Below, in pieces: positions 38,681 through 47,845 of a stretch of DNA of 64,000 bases. A program made the position numbers and the translations under genes. Source of the stretch: Smithellaceae bacterium. GTDB lineage: Bacteria; Desulfobacterota; Syntrophia; Syntrophales; Smithellaceae. Below the pieces are notes generated by a model. That model did not search any database and had not been told where the DNA came from. It worked only from the letters and a program-made list of their open reading frames with translations. The DNA is taken from NCBI GenBank assembly GCA_963667845.2, contig CAXXVL010000001.1:576001-640000 (forward strand), read 5' to 3'. The number at the start of each line of letters is the position of its first letter. The stretch's first letter is position 1.

Positions 38681-38873
38681 TAAATCCTAACACCTAACAT
38701 CTTTTTCTGCAGAGGACTCGGGTGCCTTGTCGTTAAGAATAGTGTTGCATCTTACGAGTCGTAATCGTCAACTGACAGAATTTTCAAAATCAGTAATTAG
38801 CCAGTGACCTCAACATTGATTCCAGACTGTCGAGACCAACAAAAATAGAACTTCGATGAAAGGCTATCTGCCG

Positions 38874-39443
38874 TCAGGGCGTCGCTGCTTTCTTTCCCAG
38901 TTCAAAAGCCTCGCGCATGGCTTGTTCGTTGTGGGCAATTTCTCCGCGGGCGTCGGCGGAGGCCATGACGGTGCCCAGCCAGTTCATTTTGGTCATCTCC
39001 ACGGTGGACTTAAAGCTGTGCACGATCGGATCAGCGGTATGCACGTTCGTGTCTCCGCAGACCGTGATGAGGCCGATGCGCTTGCCCCGCATCCTGGGGT
39101 AGTAGATCTTCTGCCAGCGCCATTCGGCGTCGAAAAAGACACACCAGCGGTCGAGGTAGGCTTTCATCTGCGCGGTCATCGTCCAGAAGTAAACGGGGCA
39201 GCTGTGAATGATGGCATAGGCATCCAGAATTTTTGTCTGGATTTCCAGCATATCATCTTTCACTGCACACATGCCGGCCGGGTTGCATTTTTTGCAATCC
39301 TTGCAGCCCGCAATGCGTTTGTGGTCGAGGACGATTTTTTCTACATCGGCACCGGCTTCCTTCGCGCCGGCCAGCGCCTGACTGAGAAGAACATCACTGT
39401 TGCCGCCGATGCGCGGACTTCCCAAAATACCCAGTACCTTCAT
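38874..39443 (-). CDS. Iron-sulfur flavoprotein (Isf/flavodoxin-like)
   Basis: GSPRIGGNS, C..C..C.....C, PVYF, KAYLDR. Confidence 0.9.
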   Translation of the reverse strand: MKVLGILGSPRIGGNSDVLLSQALAGAKEAGADVEKIVLDHKRIAGCKDCKKCNPAGMCAVKDDMLEIQTKILDAYAIIHSCPVYFWTMTAQMKAYLDRWCVFFDAEWRWQKIYYPRMRGKRIGLITVCGDTNVHTADPIVHSFKSTVEMTKMNWLGTVMASADARGEIAHNEQAMREAFELGKKAATP

Positions 39444-39693
39444 GCCGACCTCCTGCCTTTTATTTTTGAGCGCTTGTCACAGCAAAGACTGATGATTATG
39501 AATATCTCTTTCAGGTCGGCTTGTAAAGAAGGAAGTGCCCCTTCGGGTTCTTCGATGATCCTGACCCGATGACTGAAGCGCTGCCCGGCCCGGTGGTGGA
39601 TTTCGCTGTCTCGTCGGGGAGCATCCGCAAAATAGTTAAAGACCGAATCAATTAAATATGTTAAAAAATCACACCGCAAGTAAAGGAGGGTTT

Positions 39694-40062
39694 ATGAAAA
39701 CGCTGAAATTGGCTTGGGTGGTGGCTGCCATCTTGTGTTTTGTTTCATCTTTTTCGTTCGCTCAGGATACGGAGAGACGGGGCGCCTGCCGCGCGGATTA
39801 CGAAAAATTCTGCAAGGATGTCCGGCCCGGCCAGGGCAGGATCGTGCAGTGCTTGCGGCAGCATGAGTCGGAGCTTTCCGCAGCCTGCAAAAGCGAAATG
39901 GCAGAAGGAAGAGAAAAGAGCCGTGAATTTGTAAAGGCCTGCAAGGCTGACGCGGCAAATCTCTGCCAGGATATCAGACCGGGAGGCGGACGGATTGCCA
40001 AATGTCTCAAGGCCAATGAGGGTCAATTATCACCGGACTGCGCCGCCTTTCTGAAAAAATAA
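39694..40062 (+). CDS. Secreted cysteine-rich repeat protein (two repeats)
   Basis: RBS AAGGAGG; signal peptide; two C..D...(F/L)C.D.RPG.GRI..CL......LS..C units. Confidence 0.88.
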   Translation: MKTLKLAWVVAAILCFVSSFSFAQDTERRGACRADYEKFCKDVRPGQGRIVQCLRQHESELSAACKSEMAEGREKSREFVKACKADAANLCQDIRPGGGRIAKCLKANEGQLSPDCAAFLKK

Positions 40063-40169
40063 AGCATCGGCGTCAACGTTCCCGGCCGGAGTCCATGCCG
40101 ACCGCGTTTTGCTTAATAGCTTACTCATATTTTGAGCGCAGCTTACGCCGCGATTTCCGGGTGCCGCAA

Positions 40170-41003
40170 ATGACCAAATCTTATCATTCATTCAAATACA
40201 GCGCTGCTTCGGTCCCGGATGGGTCGCGCAGTGACCATTTCACCATTATCGCGCATCGCGGCGCATCGGCTTATTATCCCGAGAATACGCCGGCTTCTTT
40301 TGAGGGAGCGGTGGCGCTCGGCGCGGACATGGTGGAGCTGGACGTTCAGTTGACCTCCGACGGCGAGGTCGTCGTTTTTCACGACGAAAAGATATCGCGC
40401 TGTACGAACGGCCGGGGCCGCGTCGCGGATCACACTCTGGCCGCGCTCAGAAAACTTGACGCCGGCAGCTGGTTTGACAAGAAATTTCAGGGTGAAAAAA
40501 TTCCCACGCTGTCGGAGGTCCTTCATCTTTGCCGGGAAAGGATTGCCGTCAACATCGAAGTTAAGACGGAGGCGGTGGCCGATGACGTATCCGGCGGGAT
40601 TGAAGAAAAATGCCTGCGGATCGTCGATCAGGCCGGGATGCGGGGGCATGTCGTTTTTTCGAGCTTTGATCCCCGGGCTATTTTGCATCTCAAGGCAATC
40701 GACGCGGGGGCGCCCGTTGCCGTTTTGTATGAGAAGAAACATTACGGTCTGAAATTGCCGTCCGCAATCGTTGCATCGCTTCACGCGGACGCCTTCAACT
40801 GCTCCCAGCGCGAGCTCGGCAAAATATGGCTTGCCGATCTCACGCATCATGATATCCCGGTCAATGTCTATACCGTCAATGAGGAAAAGAAAATGACGCG
40901 GTGGCTGGCCCTGGGCATCGACGGCATTTTTACGAATCATCCTGATGTTTTAAAACGCGTGCTGGAGGATTTCCGGTGGACACAAAAAAGCAAACCCCGC
41001 TGA
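40170..41003 (+). CDS. Glycerophosphodiester phosphodiesterase family protein
   Basis: AHRGAS..YPENT, ELDV, VVFHD, NIEVK, YTVN, GIFTN.P. Confidence 0.94.
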   Translation: MTKSYHSFKYSAASVPDGSRSDHFTIIAHRGASAYYPENTPASFEGAVALGADMVELDVQLTSDGEVVVFHDEKISRCTNGRGRVADHTLAALRKLDAGSWFDKKFQGEKIPTLSEVLHLCRERIAVNIEVKTEAVADDVSGGIEEKCLRIVDQAGMRGHVVFSSFDPRAILHLKAIDAGAPVAVLYEKKHYGLKLPSAIVASLHADAFNCSQRELGKIWLADLTHHDIPVNVYTVNEEKKMTRWLALGIDGIFTNHPDVLKRVLEDFRWTQKSKPR

Positions 41004-43183
41004 CGCCCAACATCTCCAATGCCATGATCCGCAGCATCATGATCGCCATGGACGTCATGTTTCGGGCGACAGGAACGGATGTCCGCCTGCACGGACTGGA
41101 AAACGTACCGGATCAACCGGTCCTGTATGTGGTGAACCACTTTACGCGCATCGAAACCTTCATCATGCCGTACATCATCAAGAAGCATTTCAAAAAATAT
41201 CCCATTTCGCTCGCGGATGCGTCCTTCTTTACGGGAAGAGTGGGCGAATTCATGAACCGGGCGGGCGGCATCTCCACGGCCGATCCCAACCGGGATGCCA
41301 TTTTAATCAATGCTCTGCTTACCGACAGCCATCCGGTCATCATTTTTCCCGAAGGCCAGATGATCAAGGACAAGAAGATCATCGAAAAGGGCAAATATCT
41401 GATTAACACCGCCACGGGCCGCCGTCCGCCGCATACGGGCGCGGGGCGAATCGCGCTTCGCTCGCAGTTTATCCGTGAAGAGCTGCGCCTCCTGCACGCG
41501 CAAAAGGAGCACGTCTCCATCGGCCTCATTGCCGATCATTTTGGATTTGATCCGGCGCACGTGGAGAAGATCCTCGCAAAGGAAACGTTTATCGTTCCGG
41601 TCAATATCACGTATTATCCCGTGCGCGCCCGGGATAACGCCATCAGCCGGCTGGTCAACCGCTTTGTAGACCACGTCTCCGAAAGGATGGAGGAGGAGAT
41701 GGAGGTCGAAGGATCGATGCTCATGGACGGCGTGGATATCGATATCAGCCTGGGCAGACCGATTGCCGTGAAAAAGTACCTGGAAGAAGGTGAGGGCATT
41801 CGGGAGATGCTGACCGATACCGGGCTCTACCTGAACCCCGGGGAGCTCAAGTTTGCCGCGCCCTTCATGAAGATTTACGTGCAGATGATGTATGAATACA
41901 TGCACGCGATCTACGAGATGACGACGGTCAACCACGATCATCTGGCGTCCTACATTATTACGAAATACCTGAAGACGAGCTTTTCGGAAAGCGATCTCAA
42001 AAACCGTATTTATCTGGCCATTGAACACCTGATGCAGACGGGCATTTCCCGCTACCACCAGACGCTTGCCGCCGATCAGATCAACCTGCTCAGCGACGAT
42101 CTTCATGAAAAGTATGAGGACTTCATGAACGATGTCATCGCCGAAAACCTCGTATCGCGCCAGGACGGCATGATCACCAAAAACCAGGAACGGTTTCACA
42201 GAACCTATGCGTTTCAAACGATCCGCAGGGATAACATCGTCGAAGTCCTGACGAATGAAATTGAACCCCTGAAACGCCTGACGCAGGGCCTCGATCATCT
42301 GATGCGGGAGCCTTCGGTATTCATCAAACAGAAGATCAGAAACCAGTTTCTGATGCAGGACCGGCAGATTTTCAACGAGGATTATTCGCAGCACTACGTC
42401 GCCGGTGTGACAAAGCCCCGGGGGATCGGCGAGCCTTTTCTGAGGCGTCTTCTTCTGCGCAACCGGGGCGTGATCCTCGTGCACGGTTACCTGGCCGCGC
42501 CCGAGGAGATTGAGCCGCTGGCGGATTTTCTGTACAAGAACGGTTACAGTGTATACGGCGCGCGCCTTCGAGGACACGGCACGGCGCCGGAGGATCTCGC
42601 GCTGTGGGACTGGCATGCCTGGTATGCCTCCGTCAACCGGGCCTATATCATCATGAAGAATACCGTGAAGGCTTTCGCCGTCGTCGGTTTCTCCACAGGC
42701 GCGGGGCTCGCGCTGCTGCAGGCGGCCAACAAGCCCGGGCGGATTGAGGGCGTGATATCGATTAACGGCCCGGCGCGGCTTCAAAATTCCCAGGCCAAGT
42801 ATTCTCCGCTGGTCGTTGCGTGGAACAGAGTCCTGTCGCTTCTGGGCGTTACGCGGGGCAAAAAAGAATTTGTGGCCAATGCCCCGGAAAACCCGGAAAT
42901 CAATTACGACCGCAACCCCATCCGCGGTGTCTATGAACTGGAGCGGTTGATGAAATACGTCAAGACGAGGCTTCCGGACGTGACGTGCCCGGTCCTCGTG
43001 ATCCAGGGATCGGATGATCCGGTCGTCAATCCGGAAAGCGGCATGGATATTTATATGCCGTTGGGGTCGGCCGATAAACAGCTCGTTCATATTTCCGCTG
43101 ATCATCACGGCATTCTGCGCGGCAGCGAATCCGACGAGGTCAAAGAAAAAGTTCTGCTGTTCTTAAAAAGAATTTTCCAGTAG
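40976..43183 (+). CDS. PlsC-like acyltransferase fused to an alpha/beta hydrolase
   Basis: N-terminal NHFTRIE and IFPEG; C-terminal HGY, GHGT, GFSTG, QGSDDPVV and His. Confidence 0.82.
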   Translation: MDTKKQTPLTPNISNAMIRSIMIAMDVMFRATGTDVRLHGLENVPDQPVLYVVNHFTRIETFIMPYIIKKHFKKYPISLADASFFTGRVGEFMNRAGGISTADPNRDAILINALLTDSHPVIIFPEGQMIKDKKIIEKGKYLINTATGRRPPHTGAGRIALRSQFIREELRLLHAQKEHVSIGLIADHFGFDPAHVEKILAKETFIVPVNITYYPVRARDNAISRLVNRFVDHVSERMEEEMEVEGSMLMDGVDIDISLGRPIAVKKYLEEGEGIREMLTDTGLYLNPGELKFAAPFMKIYVQMMYEYMHAIYEMTTVNHDHLASYIITKYLKTSFSESDLKNRIYLAIEHLMQTGISRYHQTLAADQINLLSDDLHEKYEDFMNDVIAENLVSRQDGMITKNQERFHRTYAFQTIRRDNIVEVLTNEIEPLKRLTQGLDHLMREPSVFIKQKIRNQFLMQDRQIFNEDYSQHYVAGVTKPRGIGEPFLRRLLLRNRGVILVHGYLAAPEEIEPLADFLYKNGYSVYGARLRGHGTAPEDLALWDWHAWYASVNRAYIIMKNTVKAFAVVGFSTGAGLALLQAANKPGRIEGVISINGPARLQNSQAKYSPLVVAWNRVLSLLGVTRGKKEFVANAPENPEINYDRNPIRGVYELERLMKYVKTRLPDVTCPVLVIQGSDDPVVNPESGMDIYMPLGSADKQLVHISADHHGILRGSESDEVKEKVLLFLKRIFQ

Positions 43184-43223
43184 TCCTCACCAGAGAAGTG
43201 AGTAAAAGGAGTCGCGCGTTACG

Positions 43224-45065
43224 ATGGAAGAAAATACGGCCTTGAAGGAAAAAGCGGCGTCCGCGCCCAGGAGCCCCGGCGTATACATCATGCACGATGC
43301 CGCCGGCAAAGTCATCTACGTGGGCAAGGCCAACGATTTGAAGAGCCGCATCAGTTCCTATTTTACGGGCAAGGACACGCGGCCGATGGCGCCCTTTTTG
43401 ATGGCGCGGGTGCGCGATATTGAATTCATCACCACCGCCACGGAAAAAGAAGCCCTGATTCTGGAAAACAATCTCATCAAGAAACACCGTCCGCGATACA
43501 ATGTGATTTTGCGCGATGATAAGACCTACTATCACCTTTCGCTGGATCCCTCGGAGCCTTATCCTCGGCTCACGCTTGTCCGCAAGCGGCTCAACAATGC
43601 AGCCCTCTATTTCGGCCCTTATCCGTCGGGGCTGGCCGCCAAGGAAACACTCCGGTTTGTCCAGCAGGTCTTTCCGCTTCGGACCTGCCGTAACCGTGAT
43701 TTTCAACTGAGGCCCCGCCCCTGTCTGGAGTATCAGATCGGACGATGCCTGGCCCCCTGCAAAAACCTGATTGACGAAGCCGCTTACCGGAAGCTGGCCC
43801 AGAGCGCCGTGTCTTTTCTGCAGGGACGCCGACGGGAGCTGGTTTCCGATTTGAAAAGACAGATGGAGGATGCGGCCCGGGACCTGAATTATGAAGAAGC
43901 GGCGCGTCTGCGCGACCGCATCGGCGCGCTCGAACACGCGCTGGAGCGGCAAAACGTGGATTGGGGCGGCCTGGAGGACCAGGACGTCCTGGGCGTTTAT
44001 ACCGATCAGGATACCTATCAGCTCTGCATCCTGTTCGTGCGCGGCGGGAAACTTCTGGGCAGCAAATCCTTTACGCCCGTAAAGACAAAGGCGGACGCCG
44101 GTGAAGTGATTTCGTCGCTGCTCGGGCAATACTACGACGGTTCCAATCTGCCGGACGAGCTTATCCTTCCGTTACATCTTCCCGACGAAGACGTGATCGC
44201 CGAGTGGCTCACGGATCAAAAAGGGAAAAAAGTGCCGCTTACGGTGCCGCAGCGCGGAGCCAAAAAGGCGCTGGCCGACATGGCGGGCGCAAACGCCCGC
44301 GAGCTTTTTCTATCGGGGCAAAAGAAGGAAGAGCAGAGGGCTGCTGCTCTTGCAGTCCTTCAGGAAAAACTCTCGCTTTCCAAATTGCCCAGGCGAATCG
44401 AATGCTACGATATTTCCAACATCAGCGGCAAAGACGCTGTGGGATCGATGGTGGTCCTTCAGGACGGCGAACCGGATAAGTCGGGTTACCGGCGTTTCCG
44501 CATCCGGGGACTGGACGAGCCGGATGACTACGGCATGATGCGGGAAGTGTTGACGCGCAGGTTTTCGGGCACCCAACCGCTTCCGGATCTCGTCGTGGTT
44601 GACGGCGGCAAGGGACAGCTCAATGTCGCACTTTCCGTTTTGAACGACCTGAAGATAAAACTGGACGTCGCGGGTCTCGCGAAAGAGGAGCGGGCAATTC
44701 CTACCGCAAAAGTCAGGCTCCGCGGAAAAGCGGCCAAAGCGGAGGACCGCGTCTATCTGCCCAGGCGCAAGGACGCCGTCTTTCTTTCTTCCAAGCCCGC
44801 CGCCCTCGCGCTTCTGCAGCGGGTCCGCGATGAGGCGCACCGCTTTGCGGTGAGCTACTACCATCGGTTGAAGAACAAAAATGATTTCCGCTCCGTTTTG
44901 GATGCGATTCCCGATGTCGGCTCCGAACGCAAGAGAGAGCTGCTGAAATATTTCGGTTCCGTGAAGCAGGTCCGGCTCGCCTCACTGTCCGATTTGCAAA
45001 AGGTCCCGGGAATTGGTAAGGAGCTCGCGGAAAAAATTTATTCTCACCTGAGAAAAGAAGAGTGA
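43224..45065 (+). CDS. uvrC: Excinuclease ABC subunit C
   Basis: PGVY/YVGKA, RIECYDISN, DGGKGQ, RDEAHRFA, HhH tail. Confidence 0.98.
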   Translation: MEENTALKEKAASAPRSPGVYIMHDAAGKVIYVGKANDLKSRISSYFTGKDTRPMAPFLMARVRDIEFITTATEKEALILENNLIKKHRPRYNVILRDDKTYYHLSLDPSEPYPRLTLVRKRLNNAALYFGPYPSGLAAKETLRFVQQVFPLRTCRNRDFQLRPRPCLEYQIGRCLAPCKNLIDEAAYRKLAQSAVSFLQGRRRELVSDLKRQMEDAARDLNYEEAARLRDRIGALEHALERQNVDWGGLEDQDVLGVYTDQDTYQLCILFVRGGKLLGSKSFTPVKTKADAGEVISSLLGQYYDGSNLPDELILPLHLPDEDVIAEWLTDQKGKKVPLTVPQRGAKKALADMAGANARELFLSGQKKEEQRAAALAVLQEKLSLSKLPRRIECYDISNISGKDAVGSMVVLQDGEPDKSGYRRFRIRGLDEPDDYGMMREVLTRRFSGTQPLPDLVVVDGGKGQLNVALSVLNDLKIKLDVAGLAKEERAIPTAKVRLRGKAAKAEDRVYLPRRKDAVFLSSKPAALALLQRVRDEAHRFAVSYYHRLKNKNDFRSVLDAIPDVGSERKRELLKYFGSVKQVRLASLSDLQKVPGIGKELAEKIYSHLRKEE

Positions 45066-45080
45066 GCGCGTTTATATCGT

Positions 45081-45635
45081 ATGAGTCTGGTAACCATATT
45101 TCTGCTGGCGATCGGTTTGGGGATCGATGCTTTTTCCGTGGCCATCGGCATCGGGGCCGCGAATCAAAAGAAATCGTGGACGCCTGTCCTGCGGCTTTCT
45201 CTTGCTTTCGGCGCTTTTCAGTTTGTGATGCCGCTTATCGGCTGGCTGGCCGGTTCGACCGTCGTTTCCCTGATCGGAAATTTTGATCACTGGATCGCAT
45301 TTGCCCTCCTGGCTGTGGTCGGCGGGAAAATGATCTGGGAGGGATTCGAGAAGGAAAGTGGCGAGGAGAGGGCCGATCAGACGCGCGGCTGGCCGTTACT
45401 CCTCCTTTCCATTGCCACCAGTATCGACGCGCTGGCGGTCGGATTCAGTTTCTCGCTTTTAAAAACCCCCATCCTGTTTCCCGCGGTAATCATCGGGATT
45501 GTCTGCTTTGCAATGACGGCGGTCGGCATGATTTTCGGCAAGGGATTGGCCCGGATCTTCGGGAAGAAGGTGGAGATTGTGGGCGGTCTGGTCCTGATTG
45601 CCATCGGTGTGAAGATTCTGATAGAGCATATTTAG
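45081..45635 (+). CDS. mntP: Manganese efflux pump MntP family
   Basis: DAFSVA, FQFVMPLIG, DHWIAF, ATSIDALAVG. Confidence 0.92.
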   Translation: MSLVTIFLLAIGLGIDAFSVAIGIGAANQKKSWTPVLRLSLAFGAFQFVMPLIGWLAGSTVVSLIGNFDHWIAFALLAVVGGKMIWEGFEKESGEERADQTRGWPLLLLSIATSIDALAVGFSFSLLKTPILFPAVIIGIVCFAMTAVGMIFGKGLARIFGKKVEIVGGLVLIAIGVKILIEHI

Positions 45636-45931
45636 ACGTGAGGTTCCATAAAAGATCTGCAGCCGTTTCTCCCGCCGATCTGCCGTTGCTAGTGTGATCG
45701 GTGACAAAACCAGGGATAAGCGTTTCCCAAAGAGACGATCATATACGGTTGTCCGGAAGGAGCCGCAAATCCCTTAAGGGGAGCGATTTTTGTACAAATC
45801 TTTAGGCTTGTATTCTGAAATATTTCGATAAACGCCAATGATATTAAGGTGGATCTCTTCATTGGATTACCATTAATTAGCATTGCTTTTCTTATTCCTA
45901 ATTACTATACTCCAACACACAGCAAAACTTT

Positions 45932-45989
45932 AATCCCGCTCGGGCGGGACGAGAGTTAATTCCCTGTCGCTTGCTGCGAGGTGGTTGAT
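45932..45989 (+). repeat. Family A repeat, short form
   Basis: AATCCCGCTCGGGCGGGACGAGAGTTAATTCCCTGTCGCTTGCTGCGAGGTGGTTGAT. Confidence 0.9.
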
Positions 45990-46042
45990 CCAAGCGTGCG
46001 GGGTGACGATTTCGCGTTCCGATGATTTAAGGAGGTTTTAAC

Positions 46043-47581
46043 ATGCGCATAAAAAAAATTCAGAAAATGATCTGCATGATCGTGCTGATAGCAGTGCTGA
46101 TCCCAGGTATGGCGCTGGCACAGGACAGCGCCGGGAGTTATACGAGACAGACGTTCAGCCAGGAGGAGCTGGCCCAGATGATGGCGCCGGTCGCGCTTTA
46201 TCCGGATGCCCTCTTGTCGCAGATTCTGATGGCCGCCACGTATCCGTTTGATGTGGTCGAAGCGGATCGCTGGATGACGAGAAATCCCTACGTGACGGGT
46301 GAAGCCCTGGATCAGGCGCTGCAGGCCAAGGACTGGGACGTCAGTATTCTGGCCCTGTGCCACTATCCGAAAGTACTGGCCATGATGAGCGAAAATCTGA
46401 GCTGGACGGCGAGACTCGGCGACGCGTTTACCAACCAGGAAGACGACGTTATGGATACGGTTCAGGAGCTGCGCACTCGGGCGCGCGAGGCGGGGAATCT
46501 TTCGACAACGCCGGAGCAGAGAGTGATTGTCGAGGACCGCTACATCAGCATTGAGCCGGCCAGTCCGGAATATGTATACGTTCCCGCATATGATCCGTAT
46601 GTCGTATACGGGACGTGGTGGCTGCCGCTTTTCCCACCTTTGCCGATTATCCTGCCCGGATTAATCGTAACGGGTCCCCGTATCATTTTTTCGCCGAGAT
46701 ACTATGTCGGATACGGTGTATTCGGCTGGAGCCGGTTTGACTGGCATCAGCGCCACCTCGTCATTGTGGATATCGACAGAACCAGACGGTATTACAGACA
46801 CTATCGTGATTATGATTATCGCGGACCGGATCGTCGCTTCTGGCGGCCGGATCGCGAACGGCGTTACATCCGCGAAAGACGCGCGGGTGAAATCCCCGCG
46901 TATCGCCCGCCGGTTAAACCCGTGCCGCCCGGTCAGCGCTGGGACCGCGGCCCCGACAGACGCGATAAGCCGGATATAAGAGACAGAGACAGAAGGCCGG
47001 GCAACGGCCCCCGGGTCATTGACCGGGACAGGCGTGAAATCGAGGGGCGGCCGAGCGGGCCGGGAATTGTGCCGCCGCGACGCGATGATAAAGATAAACG
47101 TCCGGATGCGGGCCCGCGGATCATTGATCGGGACAAGCGTGAAATCGAGGGACGGCCGAGCGGGCCGGGCCTTGGCCCGCAGCGCACTCCGGACAGAGAC
47201 AGAGAACTGAATCAGGATCGCCGCGTTATTGATAAAGGGAAGCCCGTTGAGCAGCCGCGGATTATCGACAACAGGCCGCAGCCGTCCGATGCGAGACCGG
47301 TTGACCGGGGGCAGCCCGTGATTCGGGATCGCGCTCCGGTGGGAGGAGCCGAACCGCGAAATCGTTCCCCGCAGGTCGAACAAAGGGGCCCGGTGGGCGG
47401 CGGACAGGTTCGGGAACCCAGCGTGAAGAGCACTCCTCCTCCTCGCTATGAGCCCCGTGAGGAGAGGCAAGTGAGTCCGCCACCCCCGCAACGTTCCATG
47501 GAGCGTATGGACCGCGGGGATCGGCAGGAGGGCGGCATGAATCGGCCGGAGGGCGGTATGAATCGCGAAGGCCGAAGATAG
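46043..47581 (+). CDS. DUF3300-domain exported protein with long R/P/G/D-rich disordered tail
   Basis: APVALYPDALLSQILMAATYP, WDVS, LGDAF..Q, YVPAYDP..VYG.W. Confidence 0.9.
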   Translation: MRIKKIQKMICMIVLIAVLIPGMALAQDSAGSYTRQTFSQEELAQMMAPVALYPDALLSQILMAATYPFDVVEADRWMTRNPYVTGEALDQALQAKDWDVSILALCHYPKVLAMMSENLSWTARLGDAFTNQEDDVMDTVQELRTRAREAGNLSTTPEQRVIVEDRYISIEPASPEYVYVPAYDPYVVYGTWWLPLFPPLPIILPGLIVTGPRIIFSPRYYVGYGVFGWSRFDWHQRHLVIVDIDRTRRYYRHYRDYDYRGPDRRFWRPDRERRYIRERRAGEIPAYRPPVKPVPPGQRWDRGPDRRDKPDIRDRDRRPGNGPRVIDRDRREIEGRPSGPGIVPPRRDDKDKRPDAGPRIIDRDKREIEGRPSGPGLGPQRTPDRDRELNQDRRVIDKGKPVEQPRIIDNRPQPSDARPVDRGQPVIRDRAPVGGAEPRNRSPQVEQRGPVGGGQVREPSVKSTPPPRYEPREERQVSPPPPQRSMERMDRGDRQEGGMNRPEGGMNREGRR

Positions 47582-47603
47582 TTGCCATTTCGCGATAAAT
47601 CTT

Positions 47604-47650
47604 ACGGGGGCGCTGCGGATGCAACGAAGCAGCGCCCCCGTTTTCTTTTC
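47604..47650 (+). terminator. Intrinsic terminator
   Basis: 12-bp GC stem CGGGGGCGCTGC/GCAGCGCCCCCG followed by TTTTCTTTT. Confidence 0.8.
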
Positions 47651-47845
47651 ACTGTACGACTACCGGTGAACGAATCCGCAAATCCGCTTTCTTTTTCCTT
47701 CTTTCTCTGCAATCCCTGAACAGCGAAATTTTCATGTCTGGCATACAACCGCTTTAAATAAACGGCGGTTTATGATATCTGCACAAAGTGATTCTTTCAA
47801 CGCGCTAACAGAACTGACAGAACAAATTTTCGATTTGACACGACA

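Noticed and set aside
47739..47753. TGGCATACAACCGC as a sigma-54 promoter
   Set aside because: GG-to-GC spacing is 9 rather than the required 10.
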